NCBI GenBank assembly: GCA_009914755.4
Contig: CP068257.2
Span: 16,320,001 to 16,384,000, forward strand
Direction of reading: 5' to 3'
DNA length: 64,000 nt
Source of the DNA: the human T2T-CHM13v2.0 reference genome, Homo sapiens
The notes below the pieces were generated by a model. The model saw nothing but the letters and a program-made list of their open reading frames with translations. It was not told where the DNA came from and made no database searches. The translations under genes and the position numbers were made by a program. This document shows, piece after piece, positions 41,131 through 54,275 of this stretch. Position 1 is the first letter of the stretch. Every line of letters begins with the position of its first letter.

Positions 41131-42217
41131 ATACGTTGGCCTCATCCTCTTTTTTTTTTTTTTTTTTTTTTTAATTTCCCACAATCCTGTTACCATAGTC
41201 CATGTCGTCACAAAAGAAAAGCCTAGGCAAAGTTAGTAAATATAAAATAGGTTACTTTTGAAGAAAATATCTGGATATAGTCTATTTTCCATGTGTAGAA
41301 TAATAAATCAATGGGTACCAATTTTCACAGTAAAGCTATCTGAATAATTAAAGTTTAGCTTTTCTAAACTGGGCCACATATCTAATCAGCTGTTTATTGC
41401 TGCCCGTGTTTGTGTCTGTTCCAGTAACTCACTTTTTATTCACCTGTACTTTTGTCATGGTATTGTTCAAATAAGGGAAAATAAAACTTTAAAAACTTCC
41501 TTTGGGCATAAGAAAAAGGCTGGAAAACAATACATCATAAACATAATGCATCAGTTTATGATTCTATCCACTTGTTTTATGGACATGTCAAGTTATGTGA
41601 ATTAAATGATTAAAACTTAATACTGACCCTAGCTATTTATTCTTCTTTAAAAATTATATTTGCAAGCTGCTACTGAAGCCAGTGTAGAAATGATTCCTAA
41701 CAGATAGAATCCCAGTCTTAAAAGATGTCACAAAGAACTGGGTTCTAATTTCCTTCCATTTTCTCTTAGTTCTAACCTCATTATAATTTTTATATTTCAA
41801 ACATACTTCTCTCTTTAATTTTTTAAAAACATTTACTTTTAATTTTAAACCTTTTTGTCACATGCTGGCTTTGAATGGATTCCAGTGAGATAGCTGCTCT
41901 GAGACATACGAAGTATATGATTCATCCTGATTTTGAAGCAGGATATCTCCAGGTGGTGTTGAGCTAGTTCTCTATGAGCATATCATGAGTAGTTTAGCCC
42001 TCAGGAGTACATATCTCCACCTTAGCCCTAGCCCTAGCAGACCTCATCAAGCCCCATAGCCTCATGGAGTGGAAGACGCCTCCTCACTTCCACTCTGAGC
42101 TGTTTACAGGGATCATGGAAATATGGTTTGATGGACAGAGAGGCCTTCTGGGAATTAATGACACTGGTGCTTGTAGGATGGATACACTCTTCACCTGGGG
42201 ACAGAGTCCAAGAGCCC

Positions 42218-42518
42218 GGCCGGGCGCTGTGGCTCACGCCTGTAATCCCAGCACTTTGGGAGGCCGAGGCGGGCGGATCATAAGGTCAGGAGATCGAGAC
42301 CATCCTGGCTAACACGGTGAAACCCCGTCTCTACTAAAAATACAAAAAATTAGCCGGGCGAGGTGGCGGGCGCCTGTAGTCCCAGCTACTCGGGAGGCTG
42401 AGGCAGGAGAATGGCGTGAACCCCGGGGGGCGGAGTGTGCAGTGAGCCGAGATCGCGCCACTGCACTCCAGCCTGGGCGACAGCGAGACTCCGTCTCAAA
42501 AAAAAAAAAAACAAAAAA
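42218..42518 (+). mobile_element. AluY (young, near-consensus) with 11-bp TSD
   Basis: GGCCGGGCGCTGTGGCTCACGCCTGTAATCCCAGCACTTTGGGAGGCCGAGGCGGGCGGATCATAAGGTCAGGAGATCGAGACCATCCTGGCTAACACGGTGAAACCCCGTCTC... Numerous CpGs are intact. TSD (T/C)CCAAGAGCCC at 42207-42217 and 42519-42529. Confidence 0.93.
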
Positions 42519-44522
42519 CCCAAGAGCCCTGGAGGCGTTCAACTTCACTAGCTTTATCTAGTTTCTCGTGCATTTCTCTTTTCTCCCTTAATGTTGTCAG
42601 GAGAATTGCTGCTCAGTACATGTCAAACTTTCCCCAAGTGATGGATCATATATAGTGACACACCTCTTAGTAAAAAACCTTTTCACTTAAATTAAGCATT
42701 TTTGATATCTTCCACACTGGCAGATTATAAGACTTCAGAAAAATAATAATATATTACATTATTTTATTAATTATAAAAATTAATATATTAATCTAAAATA
42801 TAATATTAAAAATGAAAACCAATACTGACTGATTGCTTTCTAAGTGATAGGCAGACTGTTAAGCACTTCACATGTATTGTTTCACTGAATAATGCGTGTT
42901 CATTTAACAGTATATTGAAGGGATGTTAATTATTCTATAAATAACTCAAAATGCAGATGCACAATTTCTTTAATTCTGCCTTGTGGAAGTGCACACACAT
43001 TAGTGGCTAAGAGAAACATTTTATTTGTGTCCTTTTTTTTCCTGTTTCTTTCTGTCTGTCTCTCTCTCTTTTTTAAAGAATTGAAGTTAGTTTTATTCAA
43101 AAGTCCTACTGAGGACTGAGACCTAGAACCCAAGAGCAGTTCTGTCAGATCGTTCCAGCACAGGGCTTCAGCTCACTGCTTAGCGACCTGTGTTAGGGGT
43201 TCAGTATGTACAAAATCACATCACACTTGCTCAGAAGTTATATTAAAGCAGAATCACATCTAGGTTTGGGCATAAGAATAATTCTCATTATATATTACAG
43301 AGGTATAATCACTAACCCCATCAGACATTATTTTATGTGTAGGAAAAGGCAAAAACAAGGGTCATTCGTCTTTCAAGGAATATAGTGACTCAGGCAAAAG
43401 ACATGGAAGGTCATGTGCTCAGGCCTATTTTGTCTTCAAAGTGTTTGCCTTTTTCTTAGAAACAATAATTAATAAAGTAAAAATTTTTAGTAGCTAAACC
43501 TAAGCAAAACATTACTGGCCTTAAAAGAGTCAAATGGGTAAAAATTTTGTTTTCATTAGTTTGAGGAGACCTGTAATTATATATGTTCTTAATTACTTAT
43601 TGTATTTATTGGATAATGTAATAGACAACACTCTGTTGCGATCAAGAATAATATGTAAATTGGTTTTTAGCACAAAGAAGGTTTTAGCCTCTATAAGTGG
43701 TGTCAAAGGTCTAAATCAATATGTATTAGCATACTGTACTTATACTACATTAAATCTTTCTCAAGGATTAATAAAGAAAGCACGTACACATCAGTTACAA
43801 CAGAAATACTCTTGGGAAAATAAAGTGATGTGAATATTTTGCTTGTTGACATACCTGAAATACGTACCCGTGGCTTTTAGGAAATCGAGCATACAATCAT
43901 CTGAATTAAATGGGAAGAGGTCAAATGAGGACAATTCAATTTTTACAGCTTATCTTTTTGTTTGTTTGCTTCAGCTCACTCACTCACACACACAGATGCA
44001 GCTATGTCCCTGCCCCATGGCTTATATTTTTTTCTCACAAAGCTCATGCAAACTCTTACATACCCATACACTACTTTATAGATATGAGGTCTCACACTTA
44101 TTACTTGACTTTGATGTCTTATGTATTTTAAATATGTAAAACAGAAATGATATCTTCCTTGCAACATTGTTGCAAAGATTAAATGAGGTAAAAAATTGCA
44201 AAAAAAAAAAAACAACAACAGTTAAAGGTCTTAAACATAGTAGCTATTGTTATTTTTATGTGTGTGATGATATCCTGTTACCACTATTGCCAATGATGTG
44301 ATAAAACTAGCAACAGCCAGTGTGGTATGCTTATTAGTTGCCAAATACTATGCTGAATGTAGCTTTATATACCTCAGCCCATTTAATTTGAGTAGACGAT
44401 ATTATCCCCATTTTACAGATAGAGAATATGGACTTAAATACAGGTGTGTACGCCATTTGTTAAAAAAAGATTCACTTCTGAGAGCTCATAACAGAGTAGT
44501 TAAGAGCCTGAACGCTGTGGCC

Positions 44523-44755
44523 AGATCCTCTGGGTTCTAACCCTGGGCTCTGCCACTTCCTTGCACCATGACTTGGGCCAGCTGCCAATTTACTCTGTTG
44601 TCTCAATTTCTTTATTTGTGAAGTAGGAATAATATTCTTACCTATAATTCATAAGGCTGTTACAACTATTAAAGGAGGAATGTTTATGAGGCACTCTAGA
44701 ATTGTGTCTGGCACATAGTAAGTGCTATAAAAGTGTTTGCTTAATAAAATAAAGA
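44523..44755 (+). mobile_element. MIR SINE (plus an inverted MIR fragment at about 44385-44455)
   Basis: GGGCTCTGCCACTTCCTTGCACCATGACTTGGGCCAGCTGCC...CTCAATTTCTTTATTTGTGAAGTAGGAATAATA...TAAGGCTGTTACAACTATTAAAGGAGGAATG...GCACTCTAGAATTGTGTCTGGCACATAGTAAGTGCTATAAAAGTGTTTGCTTAATAAAATAAAG. Upstream, ATTATCCCCATTTTACAGATAGAGAATATGGAC is MIR antisense. Confidence 0.6.
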
Positions 44756-45140
44756 GACTTTAAATTACATTTGACTGGTAGGACAATTTCAAAAGCAATT
44801 TTTAATCATCTTGTTTAGGAAATTTTTTTCTTCTTTTTAAAATCAACTCCCAAGCACTTGGAAGGAATTTCTGTGAGTTTGTTATAACCCACAGATCTAA
44901 AAAGGTTTGTGTTAAAGTTATTTGGAAGCAATATTAGGTTCAGAAGAGGGCAAATGACGTGACATTCTCAGATCATAAACATCTTTTGTGTAAGTCATGT
45001 CCACATAATTTACTTGCAAGTTATGTTCCATCCCACTGAGGTTCCTCCAAGAGCTTGACTATCACTGGTTCCAGTTTGAGGAGCTAGGCCCCTTTTGTAG
45101 TTAACCAGAATCCATATCCACCTAGAAAACATGTAGCTCC

Positions 45141-45244
45141 CGAACAATGAGCACACATGGACACATGGGGGGAAACAGCACACACTGGGGCCTGTGGGAT
45201 GGAGGAAGGGAGAGCATCAGGCAGAATAGCTAATGGATGCTGGG
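45141..45244 (+). mobile_element. L1P 3' end fragment, part 1 (interrupted by MaLR LTR)
   Basis: GAACAATGAGCACACATGGACACATGGGGGGAAACAGCACACACTGGGGCCTGTGGGATGG...ATAGCTAATGGATGCTGGG. Left TSD of the L1 is AAAACATGTAGCTCC at 45126-45140. Confidence 0.8.
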
Positions 45245-45621
45245 TGATATGGTTTGGCTATGTCCCCACCCAAATCTCATCTTGAATTGTAACTCCCACA
45301 ATTTCCACGTTTCATGGGGGGAACCCACGGGGAAGTGACTGAATTATGGGGGCGGGTCTTTCCTGTGCTGTTCTCAAGATAGTGAATGAGTCTCACAGGA
45401 TCTGATGGTTTGATAAGGGGAAACCCATTTTGCTTGGCCGTCATTCTCTCTGCCTGCCGCCATCCACGCAAGATGTGACTTGCTCCTCCTTGCCTTCCAC
45501 CGTGATTGCTGAGGCTTCCCCAGCCACGTTGAACTGTGAGTTCTCCATTACACCTCTTTCCTTTGTAAATTGCCCAGCCTAGTGTATGTCTTTATCAGCA
45601 GCATGAAAATGGACTGATACA
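45245..45621 (+). mobile_element. solo MaLR LTR (THE1/MST-type) with perfect 5-bp TSD CTGGG
   Basis: TGATATGGTTTGGCTATGTCCCCACCCAAATCTCATCTTGAATTGTAACTCCCACAATTTCCACG...GGGGGCGGGTCTTTCCTGTGCTGTTCTCAAGATAGTGAATGAGTCTCACAGGATCTGATGGTTTGATAAGGGG...CCTTCCACCGTGATTGCTGAGGCTTCCCCAGCCACGTTGAACTGTGAGTTCTCCATTACACCTCTTTCCTTTGTAAATTGCCCAGCCTAGTGTATGTCTTTATCAGCAGCATGAAAATGGACTGATACA. CTGGG at 45240-45244 and 45622-45626. Confidence 0.88.
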
Positions 45622-45626
45622 CTGGG

Positions 45627-45745
45627 CTTAATACCAAGATGATGGGTTGATAGGTGCAGCAAACCACCATTGCACACGTACCTATGTAAGAAACCTGCAC
45701 ATGCCTGGAACTTAAAATAAAAGAAAAAAAAAAAAGAAAAAAAAA
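45627..45745 (+). mobile_element. L1P 3' end fragment, part 2 + poly-A
   Basis: CTTAATACCAAGATGATGGGTTGATAGGTGCAGCAAACCACCATTGCACACGTACCTATGTAAGAAACCTGCACATGCCTGGAACTTAAAATAAAAGAAAAAAAAAAAAG(A)n. Right TSD is AAAAATGTAGCTCC at 45741-45754. Confidence 0.8.
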
Positions 45746-47529
45746 TGTAGCTCCTTTCCTGATCCTATCTTCCACCCCAGATGGAAACTAACAAAGATCT
45801 TCTCACCTATCTACATTACTGCCACTTCTGTTGCTTGTGTGTGATACCTTTCCTCCCTCACAGGAGCATTGAGGGACAAATAAACCAAAAGAAGAAAACA
45901 CAATTATCTTTACACTGATATTTAGATTCCTTACAGGGACTTAGTGTTTATAAGTGATGTAAGTATTATTCTAATGCAAAACATTCTTTTCATTCTGATC
46001 TTGGAGTCAGAGCAAGTGGTATTTTGGTTTAAAGTGATGAGATTACCCCTAGACCATCTCACTAAGGGTTATCTTTCTATTGAGAAATATCTTTTGAAGA
46101 GATTTCATGCACATCCTTTGTAACTCTTCCCAGTACTTAAAACTTCACTACCAGGAAACTAGTGGCAGAATTATAATGTTGCCTCCGGTCCACTCTGCCA
46201 CCCTTTTGCAATTTGGCAGCTTCTTGAAGCACTTAAGCAGCTTGGTGCCTTCAGTCTGACACTTCAGATGTGGCCATCAGCTAATGATTCTTGGCTTGAT
46301 GTTGCAGATGCAACTGTGAGCCTATAAATGAGTAACAAAGGACTTTTCTTTTTTCTAATTTGGGGTTCAGTTGCATCATTAAACGTAAGTATATTGTGTT
46401 GATGAAATGAGATTGAAAAATCAAAACATTCAGATTTCTATAGCAAATGTGTACTTAGGAGAGGTTCAAAGAATACGTGTGGAATTGAATTTTAAAAAAA
46501 ACTACTTCAAGAAAAAAAGAAAAAAACTAACTTATTATGCAGTTGTCTGAAGGGCCAAATGAAGGCAACCTGGTCAGGCACTGCAAAACCCAGAAGTGTC
46601 CTAAATGTAGAGGTGGGCACAGGATTTGTTGTACTCTTTTCAATAACTATTTTCTAAGAGCTGACAATGCAAATATGTGCATCTGTTATGAAAAATTGGC
46701 ACATTTCCCAGTGAACTGTTTTCTGTGTTTATCCAATATGTATTTACTATACATTACTTATGAGCAGACAGAGGAATAAGTACTTGGGATATAAAACTCT
46801 CGTCAAACTGATAGTCTGGTATTTGCACTGTTTTTTTCTAAACACTTTGGGTTCAAATCTGCATCTATTACATCTTGAGGTTTTGATTAGGTGCATGCAT
46901 TATGAGTAATGTTTTATAAATATAGTTGTGAAGAAATACAGGCATTTAATGATTGGACACACAGTCTAAGTTACATAAGGCATTCTGTAATCTCCTCAAA
47001 GAACCCCAGGAACTCCCTAAATCGAACTGCTATTTGTTTTCTTCAGACTAAAATACAGCAAATAAATGAACTATGTAACAGAGGTTATATTGAAAAAGAA
47101 ACTTCCTGGAAGGTTTTTCACTATATGGAAAATATGTTATAGTAGCAAACATAGGACTGAACTAGAATTTTTAAGTCTGCAAAGTTTTTATATTTTTCAT
47201 ATAGAAATTGTCAGTAAACATACTTTGGGTCAATTATTGATTCAGGTAGAATCTTAATATGGAGTTTGGAACAGTTGAAAACTGAGTGAGAAAACAGAGG
47301 GATATTTTCTTGAATTTTCAAGGTCAAAATCCATGCATAAATCTATGATTATACTATGTAGCTTTGAATAAGTGCATTTGTTTTGAACAAAACAAAACAA
47401 TCATGGGAGTTATTGTTTTAGTGAAAGATGCTTTGCTAGAAGTAAAATGTGTTAAGTTGAAAAACATTTACTTTTTTTTTACTGTGGTGAATTTATTTAA
47501 ATATTTTTCTTCTTTTTTTTAAAAAAAAG

Positions 47530-48095
47530 CTTTATTGAAGTATATACTTGATATACAGAAAAGTGCACACGTTGAGTGTATATACATCTTGATGTATTTG
47601 TATGTATGCGTATACCCATGATACCGTCATCACAACCAAGACACTAAACGTTTTTATAATCTCCAAAAATTTCTTTGTTTGTGTGTGTGTGTGTGTGTGT
47701 TGTAACAATAGTTAACATTAAATCTACCCTCTTAACATATCATAAAGTGCACAATATTGTTAATTGTGGGTACTATACAGTAGATCTCTAGAACTCGTTC
47801 ATTTTGCATAAAGAAATTCTATAGCTGAAGAACAACTCTCCATTTCCCCCTCCCCTCACAACTCTCCATTTCCCCTTCCCCTCAGCTTCTGGCAACCACC
47901 ATTTTATTCTCTGCTTCTATGAGTTTCACTGTTTTAGAGATCTCATGTAAGTGGAATCCTGCAGTATTTGTCCTTTGTGGCTGACTTATTTTACTTAGCA
48001 TAATATCCTCTAGGTTTATCCATATCTTTGCAAATGGCAGAATTTCCTTCTTTTTCAAGGCTGAATAATAAGGAAACATTTACTATTTAAGTATT
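47530..48095 (-). mobile_element. ancient L1 (L1M-type) 3' end, antisense, containing a (GT)n
   Basis: CTTTATTGAAGTATATACTTGATATACAGAAAAGTGCACACG is the revcomp of the L1M 3' terminus. Then ...GTTAATTGTGGGTACTATACAGTAGATCTCTAGAACTCGTTCATTTTGCATAA...CTTCTGGCAACCACCATTTTATTCTCTGCTTCTATGAGTTTCACTGTTTTAGAGATCTCATGTAAGTGGAATCCTGCAGTATTTGTCCTTTGTGGCTGACTTATTTTACTTAGCATAATATCC. Confidence 0.7.
47680..47701. repeat. (GT)11 microsatellite
   Basis: TGTGTGTGTGTGTGTGTGTGTG. Confidence 0.85.
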
Positions 48096-49013
48096 GTAAT
48101 TTCCCTTGTGTAAATTGTTCCAATTTTTGTAATGATAGGGACAGACAAATCATATTTAATTTTATGTTACTCCGTTGGCATATTGGTTCCAGATAAATGG
48201 CTCAGAATTAGCCTCGTCTAGTTGTTCTTTGAAAAACTTCATTCAAATAGATAAAATGTCCCAGAAATACACTCTGATTACTGATGTTTTAAAGTGGGTT
48301 TGTTTATTTCAAAAACAATATTGAGTTTCAGACATATTTATTTTAAGACAATACTGGGTTTCAGATATATTCACCACAAAGAATTCTGTGACAAGTAAAA
48401 GAGAAAAATATTGGCAAACTATATGGTACATTGATTTTCTAATTTTTAGTATATTGAAGCATTGCATTCTCATCATTGTTCCGTCATAGACAATTGAGTC
48501 CAAACTGTACTTATGATTTTTTTCATGAATACAATTCCGTTCAGTTGAATAGCTTAGATTCAGTAGTCATTTTTATTCATTCATATACTTTAGCCTATAT
48601 AGCTAAAAATGTAGAAGTTGTATTATATGTGTGGTGATTGTTACTCTAATCACCTTAATTTTGAATTAGTACTCAACACATATTTTTTCATTTTTAAAGG
48701 AAACGAAAAATAAAACAAAGAAATACACTTTCTTTTCTGAAAGTACAAACCCAGGAGTTGAAGAATGGTTAATATATGCCTAGTGAGCACAGTTAATTGG
48801 GCTATAAAATAGAAGTTACACAAAGCACATTTTATTTAGATAATGTTATATATAATTTAATTATATAGTAAAGCATAAAATGAGGATAATGTTAAAAAGA
48901 ATCTATAATTTAAGACTCCACATTTTCTCTTAATGCTATACAACCTAATTGAAATTAACAATACATTGAAATTGTTGGCTGACTTGCTTTTCAAAAGAAT
49001 AACATTTGGTTGG

Positions 49014-49282
<269 letters not shown>

Positions 49283-49434
49283 TCAGGAAGGCTGGAGATA
49301 TGGACACAGGGCAAATAAAGCCAAACAGACACAGAGATATGATTTACACTGTTTTGAAATCACTGCCATGTTCAAATTTTCATATGGCCAACTTCTGCTC
49401 ATAATTAGAATTATTAAAAAGAAAACTGGTTCAA

Positions 49435-49700
<266 letters not shown>

Positions 49701-52700
49701 AAAAAGAAAACTGGTTCAACTCAGGAAAGTCTCCTGGTGGGTCAAATGTTAGCAAATGACTGGAGAAGTTTCACCTGGCTGTGAAGATCTGTAGCCAGAA
49801 CTCTTGACAAATTATCACAGCAACTTACTTGCGGCTTTATCTGTGTCCCATGTTTAAACACTTCATAATAGTCTCATTGATCTTTTCACAAAATCCCAGC
49901 CTTCTACATCCTCTTTTACAAATTTGTTTTATTTAATCAGGGACCCACTTTTCCACAAGTGTGGTTTGCTTGTGCTGTTCTTTGTCTTCCTCATGTAAGG
50001 TTTTATAAAATAATGCAACTTATTCATGGGTTATAACTAGAAAAAAAATGTGGCATTCAAATCCCAGCTTTTGTGAGAGACAAAAACAAACCACTTAAAA
50101 ACAAACTTGAGTTTTTAGGAAAGTCTGAAATTTCTGCAATTTTCCAATGATTCCATTTAAGCTTTTTAGCATTGCATTATGAAAGATCCATCAAGTTTTG
50201 ACACAGCTTTGTTTGTTTAAGCAAGGTAAAATGTAAAACATAACAATTTTGTTAAGCTTTCAGGAAGGAAGTTTCTCCCTTGACAGTATAAGAAAAGTAT
50301 TAACAAGGACCACTTTCTAATACTCTTAGAAGACATTCTTACTTCTGAATATTTACTCAAATGTTTCAACAATGGGGTTTTTTGAAGTTGGTTGAATTTT
50401 TTGTGTGGCAAATATTTAAATGGTCCCGATTCCCTATGTATGCTGTATGTAATACTACCATTTTCCTATTTACTCTGTACTGGGGCAAGTGTATGGTAGT
50501 AAGGATATGTAGATGGGTAGAAACACACTATTATATGTCTTTGTCCAAATATTTAATGTTTGTATTAAATATTAATAAAGTGTTAAATATCAGAGTTTTT
50601 GGCTAATAACTTAGCTGAGAAAAAAGTCGAACATTACTTTCAGTTGCCCCCATTTTTTTAAAGGAATAAGTACACATAAATAGTTTGTTGTAATCAGTGC
50701 TATGGTCTGAGTAGACAGCAAGGCAAGAAAAGATCAGTGCATGGGAGATAAATGAGTATTTTAAAGCAAAATCTGAAGCTTGGGTTTTGAAGATGCAGTG
50801 ATAAAAAGGGATATTTTCTTCCTTTGTTTTTTAGGGGAAAGAATATAAAGTATAACTTGGCATAAATATTATTTTCTCTTATTGAAAATGTCATCCTCTC
50901 TATAACAAAAAGAGAGGAAATGTTTGTCTCAAATAGTTGTAAGTTCACTACAGCTCTTGCTGAAGGGCAATATTTTTATTTTTAAGGGCCCCACTGTTTT
51001 CATTCTCTCAAGCTGAAGTTTAGTCCTTAGCACTACAGTTTTGCTATGAATAAATCATCTACTTTCTTAGTGTGTGTCAGAAAGTTTTAAAGCTCAGGTA
51101 ATAATAAAAGGTTATTTTTCTTCTTTCTTTTGAACTGTTGATAGTGGCCAAAGACAATGACACTTTGGTGAAGCAGATTTGCCAAGAGAGACTTTGCAGA
51201 CTCCACAGATGTTGTGTACTGCAGAGTATTCTGTTCTGCAAAATCATTCTACAGGGCTTCTTAGGGATTTCCTGTTTCTTTTTCAGAGAAGACTACAAAT
51301 CAACTTAGTTCATTCAACAAATACTGAGTGCCTACTATGTGCAGGACATTGTTCTATGTGCATCTTTAATATTCTGTTTTTAAGTGAAAGTGATGTCTTT
51401 TAATCTGACAAGCCCATTTAACTATTTGAAGTTTATGCATGTTGCATCCCCTCTGTTTTGACATGTGAAGACTTAAAGGACACTGACATGAATGAGGATT
51501 GGTGGATGGGCATTTGAAGGCTGATGGTGTGAGTGTTTGGGCATTCAGCCAGTGGCATTATGATCTTCCCAGACAACAAAACTAAATGACATGGTGATTT
51601 CTGCTCCCTTGCTCTCATTTGTCATCACAATCATTCTTCCTTTAATACATAATTGTCCTCTGTCTTTACTTTTAAGTTCTACTGACAATCTCTATGTCAG
51701 GCCTTTCTTTTGTCCTTAGATTATTGCAAGAGCCTCTGACTTTGTCTGAATGGTAATCTAGATTAATATTTCCAATGCATTCCTATGAGTCTGCCCGTTG
51801 CCAGCTGAAAAATGGTAAAGAATAATCTTAAAGCACTCCAAATTGCTACTATTAATGTATATAGAAGTATAAAATAACTGGAATCTTCCAGCAGATAGTT
51901 GGACATGTGAGTAAATGGAGGCCCAAGAAGCTTAAGTGATTAAGTTCGGGTTTATTAATTATTAGGAAGAAATATTGGAACGAAAACAGAGTTCTATTAA
52001 GTTTCAGGTCTGTGTACTCTCTCTTCTTACAAAATATCTTGCATTAAATTTAGTGTTTTCTTCCACCATGTAAGACCTCCCAAGATCAGGGATTATGAAG
52101 AAGAAGGATTATGTTTCCCAGAAGAAACAGAAGAGAATTCGTGAACATGGTCACCATGCTGAAATATATGGTGAAAATACAAATGTAAAAGAAAATAGTT
52201 CAATTATGCTGGTGTATCTGTTGTTTAATCTTAATTACATATAAAATATGGCTGGAGTGGTATTGCTGTCGTTCAGTAAATGGATAAATAAATGCGTAAA
52301 AAAATAGTATGTAGAACATGATATTTAGCATAAAATTTTAGTGTAAAATCTTGTTGGAAGTTCTGGTAATTATCTCAAGGATTAGAAACTATCTGGATCA
52401 TAAACATACCAGTAACTACGTGGGAATCTGATTGGCTTTTAAAATTTTTGTTTTAAAATTTTATTATTTGTTTAATTTTTCCAATTACTTGCCCAGATAG
52501 GTAACTTGATTAATAATGCACTCTCTATTGACTCATTTTCATTTTGTATCTCATGTTCTCACTCTCTTACCAGTGTTTATTGGGGTCACCTCTCAAATAA
52601 ACTTTTCACTCAAATCTGTGTTTCAGTTTCTTCTCTGGGAGAACCCAAAATAAGACAATTTTTTTTTTCTAGGATACAACTTTATCTCTAGTTGTCTGCC

Positions 52701-52952
52701 CTGGTCATTCAAAAGGAGGTCTAATGCTCATCTCTAGGAATTTCCCAATTGTACAGTGCTGCCATTTTGGTCATATATCCCTGTAACTGCTTCAACTTCT
52801 CTCTGTCTCAGGACTTGGTCCTTCCATCTTAGGTTCTTGCCAAAATTAGGGGTAATCTCTGCCTACTTTGATGAAATTTTTAAGACAATAAGTTTTAGAG
52901 GCTGAAGGAGTATTATTTTGTTTTCTTTATTGTGTACCCAAGACAATGATAA

Positions 52953-53352
<400 letters not shown>

Positions 53353-53589
53353 TAGCACTGGATCTTCATTTAGTTGGCTTTTGGGGATGGATATGAAGGG
53401 ATTTGTAGAAAACACACATCCAGGCTTTGTGGGCACAAGCTGATAGGTTACTACTTCAAGCTGGTAGGTTACTCCCTTCAAAGAAGGGAGGTATCAGTGT
53501 TGAGGGTGACAGAGTCATGTGGAAGAGAGCAAAGGAAACCACATGTAGGGAATGCTAATGGTTGGTTCAACAGGAGATTGTATATCAAA

Positions 53590-53866
53590 GACATGGAATT
53601 AACTTAGGTGCCCATCAATGGTGGAATGGATAAAGAAAATGTGGTACATATATACCATGGAATACTACACAGCCATTAAAAAGGATGAAATCATGTCCTT
53701 CACAGCAACATGGATGAAGCTGGAGGCCACAGTCCTAAGTGAATTAATGCAGGAACAGAAAATGAAATACCACACATTCTCACTTATAAGTGGTAGCTAA
53801 ATATTGAGCACACATGCACATAAACTGGAAACAATAGATACTATGGACTACTACACAGAAGGGAGA
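53590..53866 (+). mobile_element. old L1 ORF2 C-terminal/3' fragment, sense (interrupted by MaLR cluster)
   Basis: Track ORF 53618-53800 is MVEWIKKMWYIYTMEYYTAIKKDEIMSFTATWMKLEATVLSELMQEQKMKYHTFSLISGS (L1 ORF2 C-terminus). L1-like sequence seems to resume after 58095 (GGGAGAGGGTGTGGATTGAAAAACTGCC). Confidence 0.75.
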
Positions 53867-54275
53867 TGATATAGTTTGGATATTTGTCCCTACCCAAATC
53901 TCATGTTGAATTGTAATCCCCAGTGCTGGAAGTGGGGCCTGGTGGAGGTCTTTGGGTCATCAGGGTGGATCCTTCATGGCTTGGTGCTGTCCTTGCAATA
54001 GTGAGTAAGCTCTCACAAGATCTGGTCATTTTGAAGCAGTGGCACCTTCACCTCTACTCTCTCTCGTTCCTGCTCTTGCCATATGATGTGCTTACTCCTG
54101 CTTTGTCTTCTGCCATGAATAAAAGCTTCCTGAGGTCTCTTCAGAAGGCGAGCAGAGGCTAATTTCATGCCTCCTGTAAGTCCTGTAGAACTATGTGCCA
54201 ATTAAACCACTTTTCTTTATAAATTGCCAAGGCTGAGGTATTTCTTTATAACAGTGCAAAAATGGCCTAATACAG
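53867..54275 (+). mobile_element. MaLR LTR 'a' (MST/THE1-like), 5' LTR of outer element X
   Basis: TGATATAGTTTGGATATTTGTCCCTACCCAAATCTCATGTTGAATTGTAATCCCCAGTGCTGGAAGTGGGGCCTGGTGGAGGTCTTTGGGTCATCAGGGTGGATCC...CAAAAATGGCCTAATACAG. Pairs with LTR 'd'. Confidence 0.8.
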
